NCBI RefSeq assembly: GCF_000315625.1
Contig: NW_005434669.1
Coordinates: 62,001 to 126,000, forward strand
Source of the DNA: Guillardia theta CCMP2712
Taxonomy: Eukaryota; Protista; Cryptophyta
Length of the DNA stretch: 64,000 nucleotides
Direction: 5' to 3'
Shown here: positions 23,869-35,528 of the stretch, piece after piece
How positions within the stretch are numbered: position 1 is the first letter of the stretch
Layout of the letters: each line of letters opens with the position of its first letter
Translations under genes and position numbers: made by a program
The notes under the pieces: model-generated
Told to the model about the DNA's origin: nothing
The model's input: only the letters and a program-made list of their open reading frames with translations
The model's database searches: none

Positions 23869-24978
23869 CTAGCTCATCTGCAGGGAGAGTATAAGGGTCC
23901 AACACCTGCATTCCATTCTCAAAACACAATGCTGGCAAGTGTCGAGCGTTTTCTTACAGCGCAACGAGATTCATGTAGAGAAGCTGTTTGTAATGAGATT
24001 GTTAGATCAAACACGTCAGCTGCTCAAAGTGACTTCACCTGCAATTCTGGCGGAATGAAGTTAAAGTTGATGTATTGCGCAATCGGCCAAATCTTCCAGT
24101 TCAAAACCTGAGACGACGAGAAAAAGTTGAGAACAATTAAAGTCTGCTACATCTCCACCTGTGCTGCCCAAAATGTTTTCTTCAAGCTCTCAAACACCTT
24201 GTGGGATGTCATTAACAACAGCAACTCAATCTATCTTCGACTCACTCCCTTCCAACTCTGACCCGAAATTTTGTATACAAAACTCATCATGATCGCATTG
24301 AACATTGGCCCGTATAGAAATCTGTCAAGGATGATCTGACAACAAACGTCACAAGAACAAACCGCACGAGCTCTCAGAGAAGCATATCAATCAGCGTCGA
24401 CTACCTTGTATAAGATAAGAAGTTGACCCTTGATCCTCACTTTATGGCCGTTGAGAAATTTCAGCCATGCATGTCCCATAGGACCACTGAGGAAAGTGCC
24501 GAAGAAAACAAAGGCAAGCAGCTGAAGACACAAAGTCATCCATGAGACGAGGAGACTGCTGCCTGCATGTCACCTTGCGATAGATGAAGCCCTTCTGCTT
24601 CCCTTTCATCATCATGATTGCCTGCGCTCCACAATTCCCCGTAGCCATGAGGACTCCTGCAACAGGTCACGTCAGAACATGGCGCCAAAACTCCACATGG
24701 CCACCTGTCGTCAAGCACTTTGTCCTGAGAGGATGCGTCTTGTTCGCGTTCACATACTTCTGCCATAATGCCAACCAGACGTTGTTGTCCGACACTTCTA
24801 TCACCCTCCGCCCCTCCTTCGCCGCCTTTTCCCCTGCCACATTCCGCTGCCTGACATCGCTCGGCTCCCCTGCATTGCTCGTTGACATCAGGGAGGATCT
24901 GCCATGGCAACAAGTCACGAGACAACATGACCAACTCAGAAAGGTGTCCGCAACGACTCCGTCAGCCATCTCGAACAT
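23869..24978 (-). CDS. Mpv17/PMP22 family membrane protein
   Basis: WQKYVNANKTHPLRTKCLTTG, GHAWLKFL, ILDRFLYGPMFN, VLNWKIWPIAQYINFNFIPPELQLLYMNLVALCWTLILS*. Confidence 0.9.
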
Positions 24979-25283
24979 GATTTTCAAACTGCCCCCTTTA
25001 GAAATTTTTCTCCCTCAATTCCCTTCTCTCCTCTCCTTGCCTTCTCTTCCCTTCCCCTTCTCTCCTCTCCTTCCCCCTCTTCTTCTGATCTCCTCTCCTG
25101 ACCCTCTCACACGTTCTCCTGTCTTCCTCCTCGTCGTCTCCCCCCCCCTCCCCCCCCCCAACTTGTTTCCTGTCCATTTTCGGCTACGTACCTGAGCACA
25201 CCTGCTTGTATCTCCTACTGCCCTGCCGTCCCTCTAATGGAAAACTGAATTTCTCTGCTGTCCTCCTGGTGTCCCTCCACGCC

Positions 25284-27254
25284 ATGGCCGAACTCAAGGC
25301 GCTCGGGGAAGCGCATGGCGTTATGCTGCGGTGAGAGATGGAGCAGCAGGAGGGAGAGCAGGAGGGAGAGCAGGAGGGAGAGTAGGAGGGGAAGCAAGTG
25401 AGCAAGAGCAAGAGCAAGAGGGGCAAGCATGACCTCTCGCTGCAGAGCATCGCTGGGGAACGGGACGCGGGGAAGAGGGATGTTTGCTGACGAGGACATG
25501 TCACCGGGAGAAGTTGTGATCTCGGTCGTCATGGCTCGATCTTGAAGCTTGAGGGTGACGAGGACGTCCAGGTCCCTTTGGATCTGTGCATCATCAAGCA
25601 GCTGGATGCGGCGGATTCAGGTGAGGACCTGGAGAATGGAGGGAGGTTGAGGGATCATGCAGAAGGGCCGTCGGAGGGGACGAAGAGAGAAACGGAGTAC
25701 GAGCTGAGTGAGCAGGAGAGGAAGAGCATGACCTGGGTCGCCGAGCTCTTCTTGACTGCTGACCTGCTCTCCGCCATCTTCTCCGATGATGGTTAAGTCT
25801 CTTGTCCTTGCCCCCCTCGCTGCCCCCACCCCCTCCTTGCTTATCCTCCCTCTCCGTCCTCGTCCTCCCTCCTCATTTATCTGCCGGTATGGAACAGCCC
25901 TCCCGCTCCGTTCCCTCCGATTCTTCCTCCTGCAGATTTCCCGACCCTCCTCTTGTTCGTGACTCTCCGTTGCCGTCCCCAGATTCAAACTTCTGGAAGG
26001 AGTACGCGAAGATGCTTCCTCCTCCTGACTCGCCGTTTCCTCTCCTCATGCCCAAGGAAGATCTCGCTGCTCTGTCAGCTTGCGACTCCGTCCTGGTGGA
26101 CACGATAAACAGCCATCGGAAGAAGCTCAAAGGTGGTGGTCGCCCTGCGGTGATGCAAGTGAGACTAACGGGTGGAGGAAGAGGGATGGGAGAAGCAGTT
26201 CGATATGCCCTGTCCTCCTCCTCTCCTGTGGCTCAATGCCTGCGTCATTTCTCGCTGCTTCCACATCTGGAACAAGGACGCGGTAGATTGACAAGTAAGA
26301 TGCCAGGAAGTCTCTGTCGTAATAGACGGCAGGTGATGGCGTGGATGACGCCGTTTGTTGACATGGTCAATCATTCGTATGACAAGAACTGTGTTCTTGC
26401 AACGAGTGACAATGCCATTGAGATCAAAACGGACAAGGCTGTGAGTCGTTTGACTTGTACATGTCAAGAGAGTGACTCTTCTGCCAGATCAAGAAAGGCG
26501 ACGAGATTCTCTTCTCCTACGCTCACTTCCCAAACTCTCACTTTTACTGGAGGTAATCCTGTAAGATGCTCTTCCACAGCACAATCATAACGGGGATCGA
26601 GATGAAGGGAAACTTACAGCAGCATGTAACAGGTATGCCTTCTGCCTGGAGGAGAACGAGTCGGATGTCCTTGAAATAGAAGGTCAGGATGTGACAACTT
26701 TGCTTCTGCTCGTGATCGATACGAACAGGCGGGATCAGAGCTCACCAAGTCCTCTTTGACAACTTCCTGACAACTCGCTCTCCCCCCCCTCCTGTCCTTC
26801 AGCAGTCGATCAAGCTGGTTGAGCTCCTCCACTACCTTGAATGTCGCAGAGTGATTGAGTGACAGAAGACTTGTCCTTCCAATGTCTCAGAGGAGGTGCA
26901 GGAGCAGGAACGAACCTCAGTACAGCAGGTGAGAAGGGATGAGGGCGAGAGCGGGGGTCGGAGGAGAAATGACATGACTGGCAGACGATGGAGAAGATAG
27001 ATTCGCTAGTGGGAGCATGCGATGAGTTTTTGAAGACTCGAGAAGATAAACGAGAGGTCGCCCTCCTCCTTGCTTGTCCTCCCCTTGGTCATCCTCCTCC
27101 TCTTCAACCTCCTCTTCAACCTCCTCGCTGGTTCACACGTTTGCACCCGCAGGTGTGTGAATATGTGAGGTTGAGGAGAGGCTTGCTGGAGTCCTGTAGA
27201 GATCTGCTGGGGGGGTATGAAAAGTTCTTGTCAGGAGAAGGAACAAAGGAGTGA
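25284..27254 (+). CDS. SET-domain lysine methyltransferase (Rubisco-LSMT/SETD3-like)
   Basis: GRGMFADEDMSPGEVVISV.PLDL, SNFWKEYAKMLP, PFVDMVNHS, IKKGDEILFSY, Y.F motif. Confidence 0.88.
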
Positions 27255-27357
27255 GTTAAGCGAAGGAGAAGTAGAAATAAGTTCTCTGATGGAAATTTTT
27301 CAACGGTTCTGTAATTACACAAATGTACACTCCGAATGCAAAGAAGGAGGACGGGAG

Positions 27358-29531
27358 TCAAAAGACGTCGTCAAACACAGGGTCAACCTCGATGCGGTAA
27401 TCGATCGATTTTGATCGAAGTTTGCTGACGATCACAGTTAAATGAAGGACAGTCGACTTCATCACAAAGAACAATACAGCAACAACCGTACAACCAAGAA
27501 GATCCTTACCTGTGCGTGTTGTCAAAACTGACAACAAGTTCCCCGCGAACTGGAAGCTCCATCGTTCCCGAAGCGCTCCCGTTCTGCGAGCAGGTGACCA
27601 GAGACCGAGCCGTTGCTTCGTCACCTCAGCCTTGAGCTTCGTCATCTCCATAACACACAAAGGCGGGCCCCCCTCTGCAGGATGCAAGAACGCCTCCATC
27701 CCGATGCCAAAATCGTCGACGACAACCTAACGCCTCCTCCTTCACTTCCCGCATGCCACAAGAAGGATACCGCATCACCTCCCATGCCGCTCTCAGTCCG
27801 TTGCAGGGAATATCGATATGCAGCTGCTCCTTGCTTCTCGCATTCACCTTGATCTGTCCAACGTCATCCCTCTTCCTCCAGATTCGCAACTTTACCTTGA
27901 CCATGTCCGACTGTGAAGAAGATGATTTGGTACCTTCCGACTCCACCAACCCGCCAAGCTCGGTTGGAAGGAGCTTCCAAGCATCTGGCCCGGCTGCACT
28001 CCTAAGGAAGGGGCAGGTGGAGGCGGTCTGCAGAGAGTTAGAGAGAATAAAAGAGGCGAAAATACTGTGCTCACCATCGATGGCGTCAAACCTTGATGAG
28101 AGGGGCAGATCACAATCTTTTCCACGAAGTTCCTACACGAGCAGTTTACGAGCATCAACTCAACAAGGAAAGAGTTCTTACTTCGACATGAAGAACGAAA
28201 AAGCATTCATGACAACCCTCATGTACCTTGGAGCGTTCATGATGAGAACTCTCCCTAACAGTTGGGGGTGAATCAACGAAGAGTACTGCAAATTCCAGAA
28301 ATCAAGGATTAAAAATCCGATCGGAGGCATTTTCAAACCTTGGAGGCCTCTCCTGCAGCCTGTTCTCGCAAAACGCGATTACTTGAGAAAACAAGTGGGA
28401 AAATATTTTCCTCTTTTACCTTGGCAAATCTGCCATCCCTCCGAAAAATGGAGAAGTTGTCAAAGTCTAAGATCGCAATTATCTTGATCAGCTTTCTTGT
28501 TTGCCTTGTCCTTGCATCACACAATTGGAACAAGAATTCCTGCAAGATTTTCTTTGAGAAAAACAGAATCACATAACAACAAGGGATAATCTTACTCGGC
28601 CAAGGCTTATGTAGTTGACAACTTGCTCATGTGTGTAAATATTCATGATCCCCTTTGAATTGAAGTGACCGATCCGAAACTGCAAAACGAGCAATATGGA
28701 ACGTGAGATGGCTCTTCAACATATCCACAAAATTACGTAGATCAGTGGTTCTTTGCCGTCAAGGTCTCCAATGTGCGAGATCTTCACAAAAGTCATTTCT
28801 CATTTTACAAGGATTAAACAACCTTGAATTCATCGAGTTTCTCAACATTCGGCATAACCTTGGTGCTGATGATCTACCTATGAAATCAGTTCTTGTACTG
28901 AAGGAAAAGGGTGCGGGAGGGGCAACCTCTTGGATGCATGCATCGTTCTCCTTTCTAAACTTAATTCTCTCTCTGATGGCTTTCTCCGCAGCTGTGAGCC
29001 CCTCTCTGTCAACGTCTGGGATTCAAGCAATCAGCTAGGTTGAGAGGAGAGCGCTGCTTAGATAAGGGGTTAATCTCACATGACAAAACATAACGCAAGA
29101 TGAATATCTCGTCGAACTCTTTTGTCTTAGGCAATATGTCTGAGACCTGTTGGATTCGTTTAGTTTCAACCCCCCTCGAACACATGCCATACTTTCTGTT
29201 GGAGGAATTCTATCTGGCTGCGGTAGTTGCTGAGAAGCTGCATTGAACGTCAACAAAGTCAGCGGAGTTCTGTGCTACACACCGCGTCTACGTCTTGCCG
29301 TTGATGCATGGATCCCTTGGCTTGCTCTAGCAAAACTTGTTGATAGCGCAACCCCTCGTCCAGGGGTGACATGAAGAGAAATAGCAAGAAGGGCAGGGGT
29401 TCAAGACATATCAGTTCATGGCGAGGAGGGAGAAAGGGGGAGGAAAGGGGTGGAGAGCGAGGAGAGCGATTGGAAGGGGGACAGGAAAGGAGCTCGACGA
29501 GCGTATTCCCCTTGGGACGTGACTCAGTCAT
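27358..29531 (-). CDS. SEC14/CRAL-TRIO lipid-binding protein with C-terminal GOLD domain
   Basis: DEIFILRYVL (CRAL-TRIO N), IIAILDFDNF, HPQLLGRVLIMNAP, and GOLD-like GELVVSFDNTHSKLRSKSIDYRIEV. Start at 29531 or ~29372. Confidence 0.82.
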
Positions 29532-30656
29532 GAGAGGATGACGATGTGGTCAGCACTTCCTTTTTTTTTTAGAGTACCTGTGCATAAAACAGGGATTTCG
29601 TGGGGGAAGGACCGGGGTAGTCATGTCTAAAACTTGAGAAAAAAGCATTTGTTCGGAATATTTTTAAATCGTTTTATAAGACTCGAGAGGGAAAACCGAA
29701 AAATAAAGGACCTCTCTACCACCCCTGGTATCGATCGTTTCCAATGCTCCTGGTTCCCAGTAGACTTAAAGGGGTGATTAAACTATGGTTGGTAAGGGTA
29801 GTATTGACTACCCCACCCTACATTTTTGGCCCATGACTCCAAACATGACTCGTCTCATGACTAGTAACTCTCCAATACAATTTAAAAAATAATTTCGGGG
29901 TTCCCGTATTTAGTTCTCCAATTTTCAGGAAATTGCGCCAGATTATTTTCAAATAATAAGAGATTTACTGAAAGACTTACCTCAAATAAAACGAGAAGCA
30001 AAAGAACACTTTGAAAGTTGTCCCATGACTCCTTTCAAAAATTGTCAATCTAAAAATAAACCAAGTTTCCCTAGCAATTTTGAAAAACTATATGATTCAG
30101 TTCAAATATAAGTCAAATAATATCAACTTTTGAGTCCACTTTCCGATTCTCGGACTCTCGGACGGCATGCCACCGTCCGAGGCGGGCCGAGTAGTGACAG
30201 TGACCGGCTGAGTGGCCCGGGCGCCGCGCCGCAACGTGACGGACTGTCCTCCCGGGCGCCGTGTTCCGAAGTTGAATCATCAACTTCAACTTGGCTTTGG
30301 GCTATGGCACCGTCCAACGGCGAGAAGAGAAAAGACAGCGAGAACCAAACCCAATCCTGCCGACTGCTGTCCCCCAAACTTAACTGATACGTCAAGTTCA
30401 ATGTGACTTGGCGAGGCCCTCAGCAAACAACTTCAAGCCCGGGCCTGCCAGGCCCAATTGAAGAGGCCGGGCTCAGCGGCTACTACGCCGGTCCTGCCCG
30501 GCCAGTCCTGGCACTGCGGCCGGGCGCGGCGGCGCCGCACCGTGAGGCATCCCGCCGTGAGGACGGAAAGTCACGCCGCCCGGCCGGCCGCCGGGCGCCG
30601 GGCCCTGAGTCACGGTGCCCCGGCCGGGCGGAGCCTTCAACGTGACGGATGGTTCC

Positions 30657-30692
30657 AGACCGTACGGTCACAACGAACCGTACGGTCACAAC
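30657..30692. repeat. Two tandem 18-bp units, each containing the palindrome ACCGTACGGT
   Basis: gACCGTACGGTCACAACGaACCGTACGGTCACAACG. Confidence 0.85.
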
Positions 30693-31136
30693 GCCGTGGA
30701 ATCATCGAGTCGATCCGACCTGAGCTTCGGAATATTATAGATGGGACTTGCCAGAGATAGACTCGGACCCGGGATCTCGGAGGCTCGTCGGATCGGACCG
30801 CCGGTCCCGGCGTCGACGGTCTCAGTCTCACGGTCACTGAGTTGAGGCTGTGCCGCGACAAGACAGAGTACTGGAGTTTGCGACTACTATCCTGCCTCAC
30901 ACAGTACACTGAGTGCACCTGATCTCCATCGCCGGAGACTGGCAGGCTTGTTCCCGGAGCAATAAGTAAAGTGTTACCCGTAGAAATAGTAACTACAGTA
31001 CCAGACTTGTACAGAGTCTGCCATGCTATGATGCTAAGAGTTTAGCGGCATCGAGCAGCAAGATAATTACTTCAACATTCTTTCCGAGTCACCGACAACT
31101 AACCCGGCCCGGGCTACTAGTAGGCCGCTACCACCC

Positions 31137-32589
31137 GAAATGAATCTTTCAGAGATGTAATTTAATGATCGCGCACTGAGTTTTTCCACAAATATACGAC
31201 ACTGTCTACACTACATTGATACAGAACTACAAACGGTTCGAAGCCAGCAACGTGCACCCAATTATCAATGGTACTCATGCTCCCCAGAACAATTCTCATA
31301 TGAGTCGTCCTCAAACGCAGCACTGCACTTCTCCGCAGCGAGCCTAGAGACCGACTGAGAGTAGCCCTTGTCCTCGTCGTAGGACTCCGCGGCCATGAAG
31401 CACGGCTCGTTTGCCGATTACGATGTACAGGAGTGAGGCGCTGCCCGCGTGTTGTGCCGCTCAGTGAAACTTACCCTCTGCCATGCATCCAGTCAGCCCT
31501 CACAACTTGACCACTTCCCACCATCGCAGACGAGACAACAGCTGTCATCAGACTCTCGGATGCCGCCCCCCTCCCGCCCCCTCCCCTTCTCTGCTCCCCA
31601 CAACCACGAGTCAAGTCATCCTCTGCCCGGCCGGGGGCTCTAACCCCCTCGCCCTCATGAAGCATCAAGCACACTGGCAGCCGGCTTATTACCTTTGACT
31701 GTGTTGAAGCCTACCCGGTTGTCTGTCCTGCAAAGCCGGCATCATTCACTTGCAGCGCTATGAGGCGGCTGAGGGGGAGACATACTCGTAGGCCTTCTTC
31801 CGGATGATGGAGTCGCGGATCACCTTGTCCGTTAGTGAGGCGACCGTGTCGATCTCTTCCTCTATCACAGATTGCCGTCAGTGCGTCAGATCCAGCATGG
31901 CTGAAAGCCATCGACGTCTTACCGGAGAGCCCACGGCGGCCGAAGTTGGCGGAAGCTCGCTGGGGTGCGAGGAGAGATTTCTTGAACGCACTAGAGCGAG
32001 AGCCGTTCCTCCCAGACACATCAGTGACGACGATGCCGCCAGTGCGAAGCTCCCAGTTGGAGTCTTGGCCCTTGGACGAGCCGAGAATAGCATTGGCTGT
32101 AGCTGGTGGGCAAGGCATGTGTGAATGCTTGAACGATGTAGCGATAAAGCATACATGGCAGGGCGGCGGCGCCGAGCAGCATGGCGCCCAAGACAGCTCG
32201 CCGAGAGAGAGCGGCAGAGTCATCGTCTGATGAGCTCATGACCGGGCCACGGCAGAGCGAGGTAGAGCTCTACGTCACCAAATCGTTAAGCAAGTCACCA
32301 CATGAGACCAAGCATGTTCCAGCACGCGGTGTGTGTGTGGATGATACCTGTCGGAGCTTGAGGGAGGCTCCATCAAGGGAGGGCGAGAGGGAGAAAGAGG
32401 CAGCAGAGGCCACGAGGGCGGCGAGGGCGGCAGATCGGAGCATGGAACGAAGCGTGTGGTGCGGGAGGGGAGAGGGCATTTCTTTTTATAGATGGGTGAG
32501 CAGGGAAGCAAGCCTGGTGGAGGAAATGGAGAAAAGGGGGGTGGTAACGAGGAGGGTGGGGTCCGAAAGATGAGAAAAGCAAGGGTGGT
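31137..32589 (-). repeat. Left arm of ~1.45-kb inverted segmental duplication
   Basis: Reverse complement of 32936-34427. Mirrored ORFs (31711-32223 vs 33302-33814) have coordinates summing to 65525. Confidence 0.98.
31655..32443 (-). CDS. Small thylakoid-lumen-targeted protein of unknown function, copy 1
   Basis: Signal peptide MLRSAALAALVASAAS|F, transit peptide, twin-arginine SRRAVLGAMLLGAAALPSTANA|. C-terminal exon uncertain. Confidence 0.8.
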
Positions 32590-33034
32590 TGTCAGCACAA
32601 GGTTGGAATCACTTTCAAAGCAGAGCTTTATTAGAGGGTCCGATCAGAGTGACTGTCACGTACTGTATTATTAGTCGGGCGGCGACGGCTTACGTGATCG
32701 GCGATCTACTACTGGTGACCGGGCCCCGGTTCACCGTGGCACACCACTGAGCAGCTTACTTGATCGTACTGATGACCGCCAGCCTAGCCTTACTAGTGCT
32801 GAGGAACTTGATTGCGGCTTTATGAATTCAGATATCAGATACAGTCTAGTCTCATTACATTTGAAGATCATGAGTCAGACGGGGCAACTTGATAAGCCAG
32901 AGTAAGCCGAGTCAGATGACTTACGGTTAGGGACCACCACCCTTGCTTTTCTCATCTTTCGGACCCCACCCTCCTCGTTACCACCCCCCTTTTCTCCATT
33001 TCCTCCACCAGGCTTGCTTCCCTGCTCACCCATC

Positions 33035-33041
33035 TATAAAA
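33035..33041 (+). promoter_or_regulatory. TATA box (TATAAAA), mirrored at 32484-32490 on the minus strand
   Basis: Canonical TATAAAA starting 47 nt upstream of each ATG. Confidence 0.65.
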
Positions 33042-33081
33042 AGAAATGCCCTCTCCCCTCCCGCACCACACGCTTCGTTCC

Positions 33082-33870
33082 ATGCTCCGATCTGCCGCCC
33101 TCGCCGCCCTCGTGGCCTCTGCTGCCTCTTTCTCCCTCTCGCCTTCCCTTGATGGAGCCTCCCTCAAGCTCCGACAGGTATCATCCACACACACACCGCG
33201 TGCTGGAACATGCTTGGTCTCATGTGGTGACTTGCTTAACGATTTGGTGACGTAGAGCTCTACCTCGCTCTGCCGTGGCCCGGTCATGAGCTCATCAGAC
33301 GATGACTCTGCCGCTCTCTCTCGGCGAGCTGTCTTGGGCGCCATGCTGCTCGGCGCCGCCGCCCTGCCATGTATGCTTTATCGCTACATCGTTCAAGCAT
33401 TCACACATGCCTTGCCCACCAGCTACAGCCAATGCTATTCTCGGCTCGTCCAAGGGCCAAGACTCCAACTGGGAGCTTCGCACTGGCGGCATCGTCGTCA
33501 CTGATGTGTCTGGGAGGAACGGCTCTCGCTCTAGTGCGTTCAAGAAATCTCTCCTCGCACCCCAGCGAGCTTCCGCCAACTTCGGCCGCCGTGGGCTCTC
33601 CGGTAAGACGTCGATGGCTTTCAGCCATGCTGGATCTGACGCACTGACGGCAATCTGTGATAGAGGAAGAGATCGACACGGTCGCCTCACTAACGGACAA
33701 GGTGATCCGCGACTCCATCATCCGGAAGAAGGCTTACGAGTATGTCTCCCCCTCAGCCGCCTCATAGCGCTGCAAGTGAATGATGCCGGCTTTGCAGGAC
33801 AGACAACCGGGTAGGCTTCAACACAGTCAAAGGTAATAAGCCGGCTGCCAGTGTGCTTGATGCTTCATGA
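33082..33870 (+). CDS. Small thylakoid-lumen-targeted protein of unknown function, copy 2
   Basis: Same protein as copy 1 with 4-5 short introns. May end near 34027 if a further purine-rich intron is spliced. Confidence 0.8.
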
Positions 33871-35528
33871 GGGCGAGGGGGGTTAGAGGCCCCCGGCCGG
33901 GCAGAGGATGACTTGACTCGTGGTTGTGGGGAGCAGAGAAGGGGAGGGGGCGGGAGGGGGGCGGCATCCGAGAGTCTGATGACAGCTGTTGTCTCGTCTG
34001 CGATGGTGGGAAGTGGTCAAGTTGTGAGGGCTGACTGGATGCATGGCAGAGGGTAAGTTTCACTGAGCGGCACAACACGCGGGCAGCGCCTCACTCCTGT
34101 ACTTCGTAATCGGCAAACGAGCCGTGCTTCATGGCGGAATTTGTTCCTTGCGCTTGGCCGCGGAGTCCTACGACGAGGACAAGGGCTACTCTCAGTCTCA
34201 GTCGGTCTCTAGGCTCGCTGCGGAGAAGTGCAGTGCTGCGTTTGAGGACGACTCATATGAGTATTGTTCTGGGGAGCATGCCATGATGAGTACCATTGAT
34301 AATTGGGTGCACGTTGCTGGCTTCGAACCGTTTGTAGTTCTGTATCAATGTAGTGTAGACAGTGTCGTATATTTGTGGAAAAACTCAGTGCGCGATCATT
34401 AAATTACATCTCTGAAAGATTCATTTCAGTCGACTGCAATCCTGCATCAGCCGCGACACGAGGTCGGATGGTACCGTGGCACCTTGCCTGAGTTTTCTAG
34501 CCGGGTCAGGTGTCTGACGGTGAGAAAGAATGTTACTAGTTAAACTTGCCGGCGTCACTGTCAGTTGCAACGTAATCATACACTACTAGGCTAAATATAA
34601 GTCGGACGTTGGTTCTCGCTGTCTTTTCTCTTCTCGCCGTTTGGCCTGTGCGACAGTGTCAGGGTCAAGCCTCCTCGTCTCTCCTGATTGTCCTCGTACT
34701 GCTTTTTAACTTACCTTTGAGTAAAGGCCTGAGGGCCTCGAGTGGACTCCGGAACAGTTTTCGACGTCTGTGAAACTCAACTCAGGGAAAGTTGAATCGA
34801 CTCAGCCTTGTGAAAATCATCATCGGCGGGCCATCGGGCCCACCCGGGGCTCACGGGCCCCGGCCTGGGGGGACTCCCGGTGACGGTCGGACTCCAAACG
34901 AACTCCGAGGTCAACCCCGGGCCGGGCTCATGTACTTCTGATTGATCCGTTACGTACAGTAGAGGCCTCACTCAAAAATAGTGAAAACCTCTACCCCCTA
35001 CCCAACCGGTTGATATAGCCACTACCCCCTTGATTCCCATCTTTTTCAGCATAGGGTGGGATATATCACCCTACCCATTTTGACAAGCCATAGACCTACC
35101 CGTAGCAGGCTCTCAAGGCCCCAGAAGGGGGGTGATCGGATCATCGGACACTCACTTAGTACTGATTTTGACCCACCCCACCCCCAGAGCCCATTGAAGA
35201 CCCGGTAGAAAGTCACGTTGGATGGCGGGTCACCGGGTTGAAGTTGAAAGATGCTGCGCAATGGTCCCTGGCATGATGGAGTTAGCGATGAGGGAGAGGA
35301 GAGGAGAACGAAGAAGTAGCTGCAGATGGGTGGAGATATTCAAAGCCTGAAGCAGTGGGGGATGGACCTAATAAGGGAAGGGCGAGGGATGGGGTGATAG
35401 CCAGAGGAAAGGAAGGAGTCTGAAGGTTTGAAGAGCGGAGGAGAGCCTTATGGGTTTCTGCAGGCATCTGCTTCGTCTTGCCGTCGATCTCCTGAGCCTT
35501 TGAATGTGCTCTGGCTGAAGTATCAGCC

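Larger units (their letters stand above)
32936..34427 (+). repeat. Right arm of inverted segmental duplication
   Basis: Near-identical to the left arm; about 39 nt longer owing to small distal indels. Confidence 0.98.

Noticed and set aside
31225-31250. tRNA-like T-loop GGTTCGAAGCC
   Set aside because: No D-arm, anticodon arm or acceptor stem can be folded around it.
33082-33870. Phycoerythrin alpha subunit (cpeA) identity for the duplicated lumen protein
   Set aside because: Leader and divergent-pair layout fit, but the mature sequence lacks the AP..I..FDxRGC motif and any bilin-binding Cys.
34124-34402. 92-aa ORF as an additional coding exon of the duplicated gene
   Set aside because: The other arm has frameshifting indels (about 23 and 8 nt) here, indicating non-coding sequence.
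31137-34427. Inverted arms as transposon TIRs or an assembly fold-back artefact
   Set aside because: No transposase or TSD seen. The arms hold an intron-containing host gene, differ by SNPs and indels, and enclose a unique spacer.
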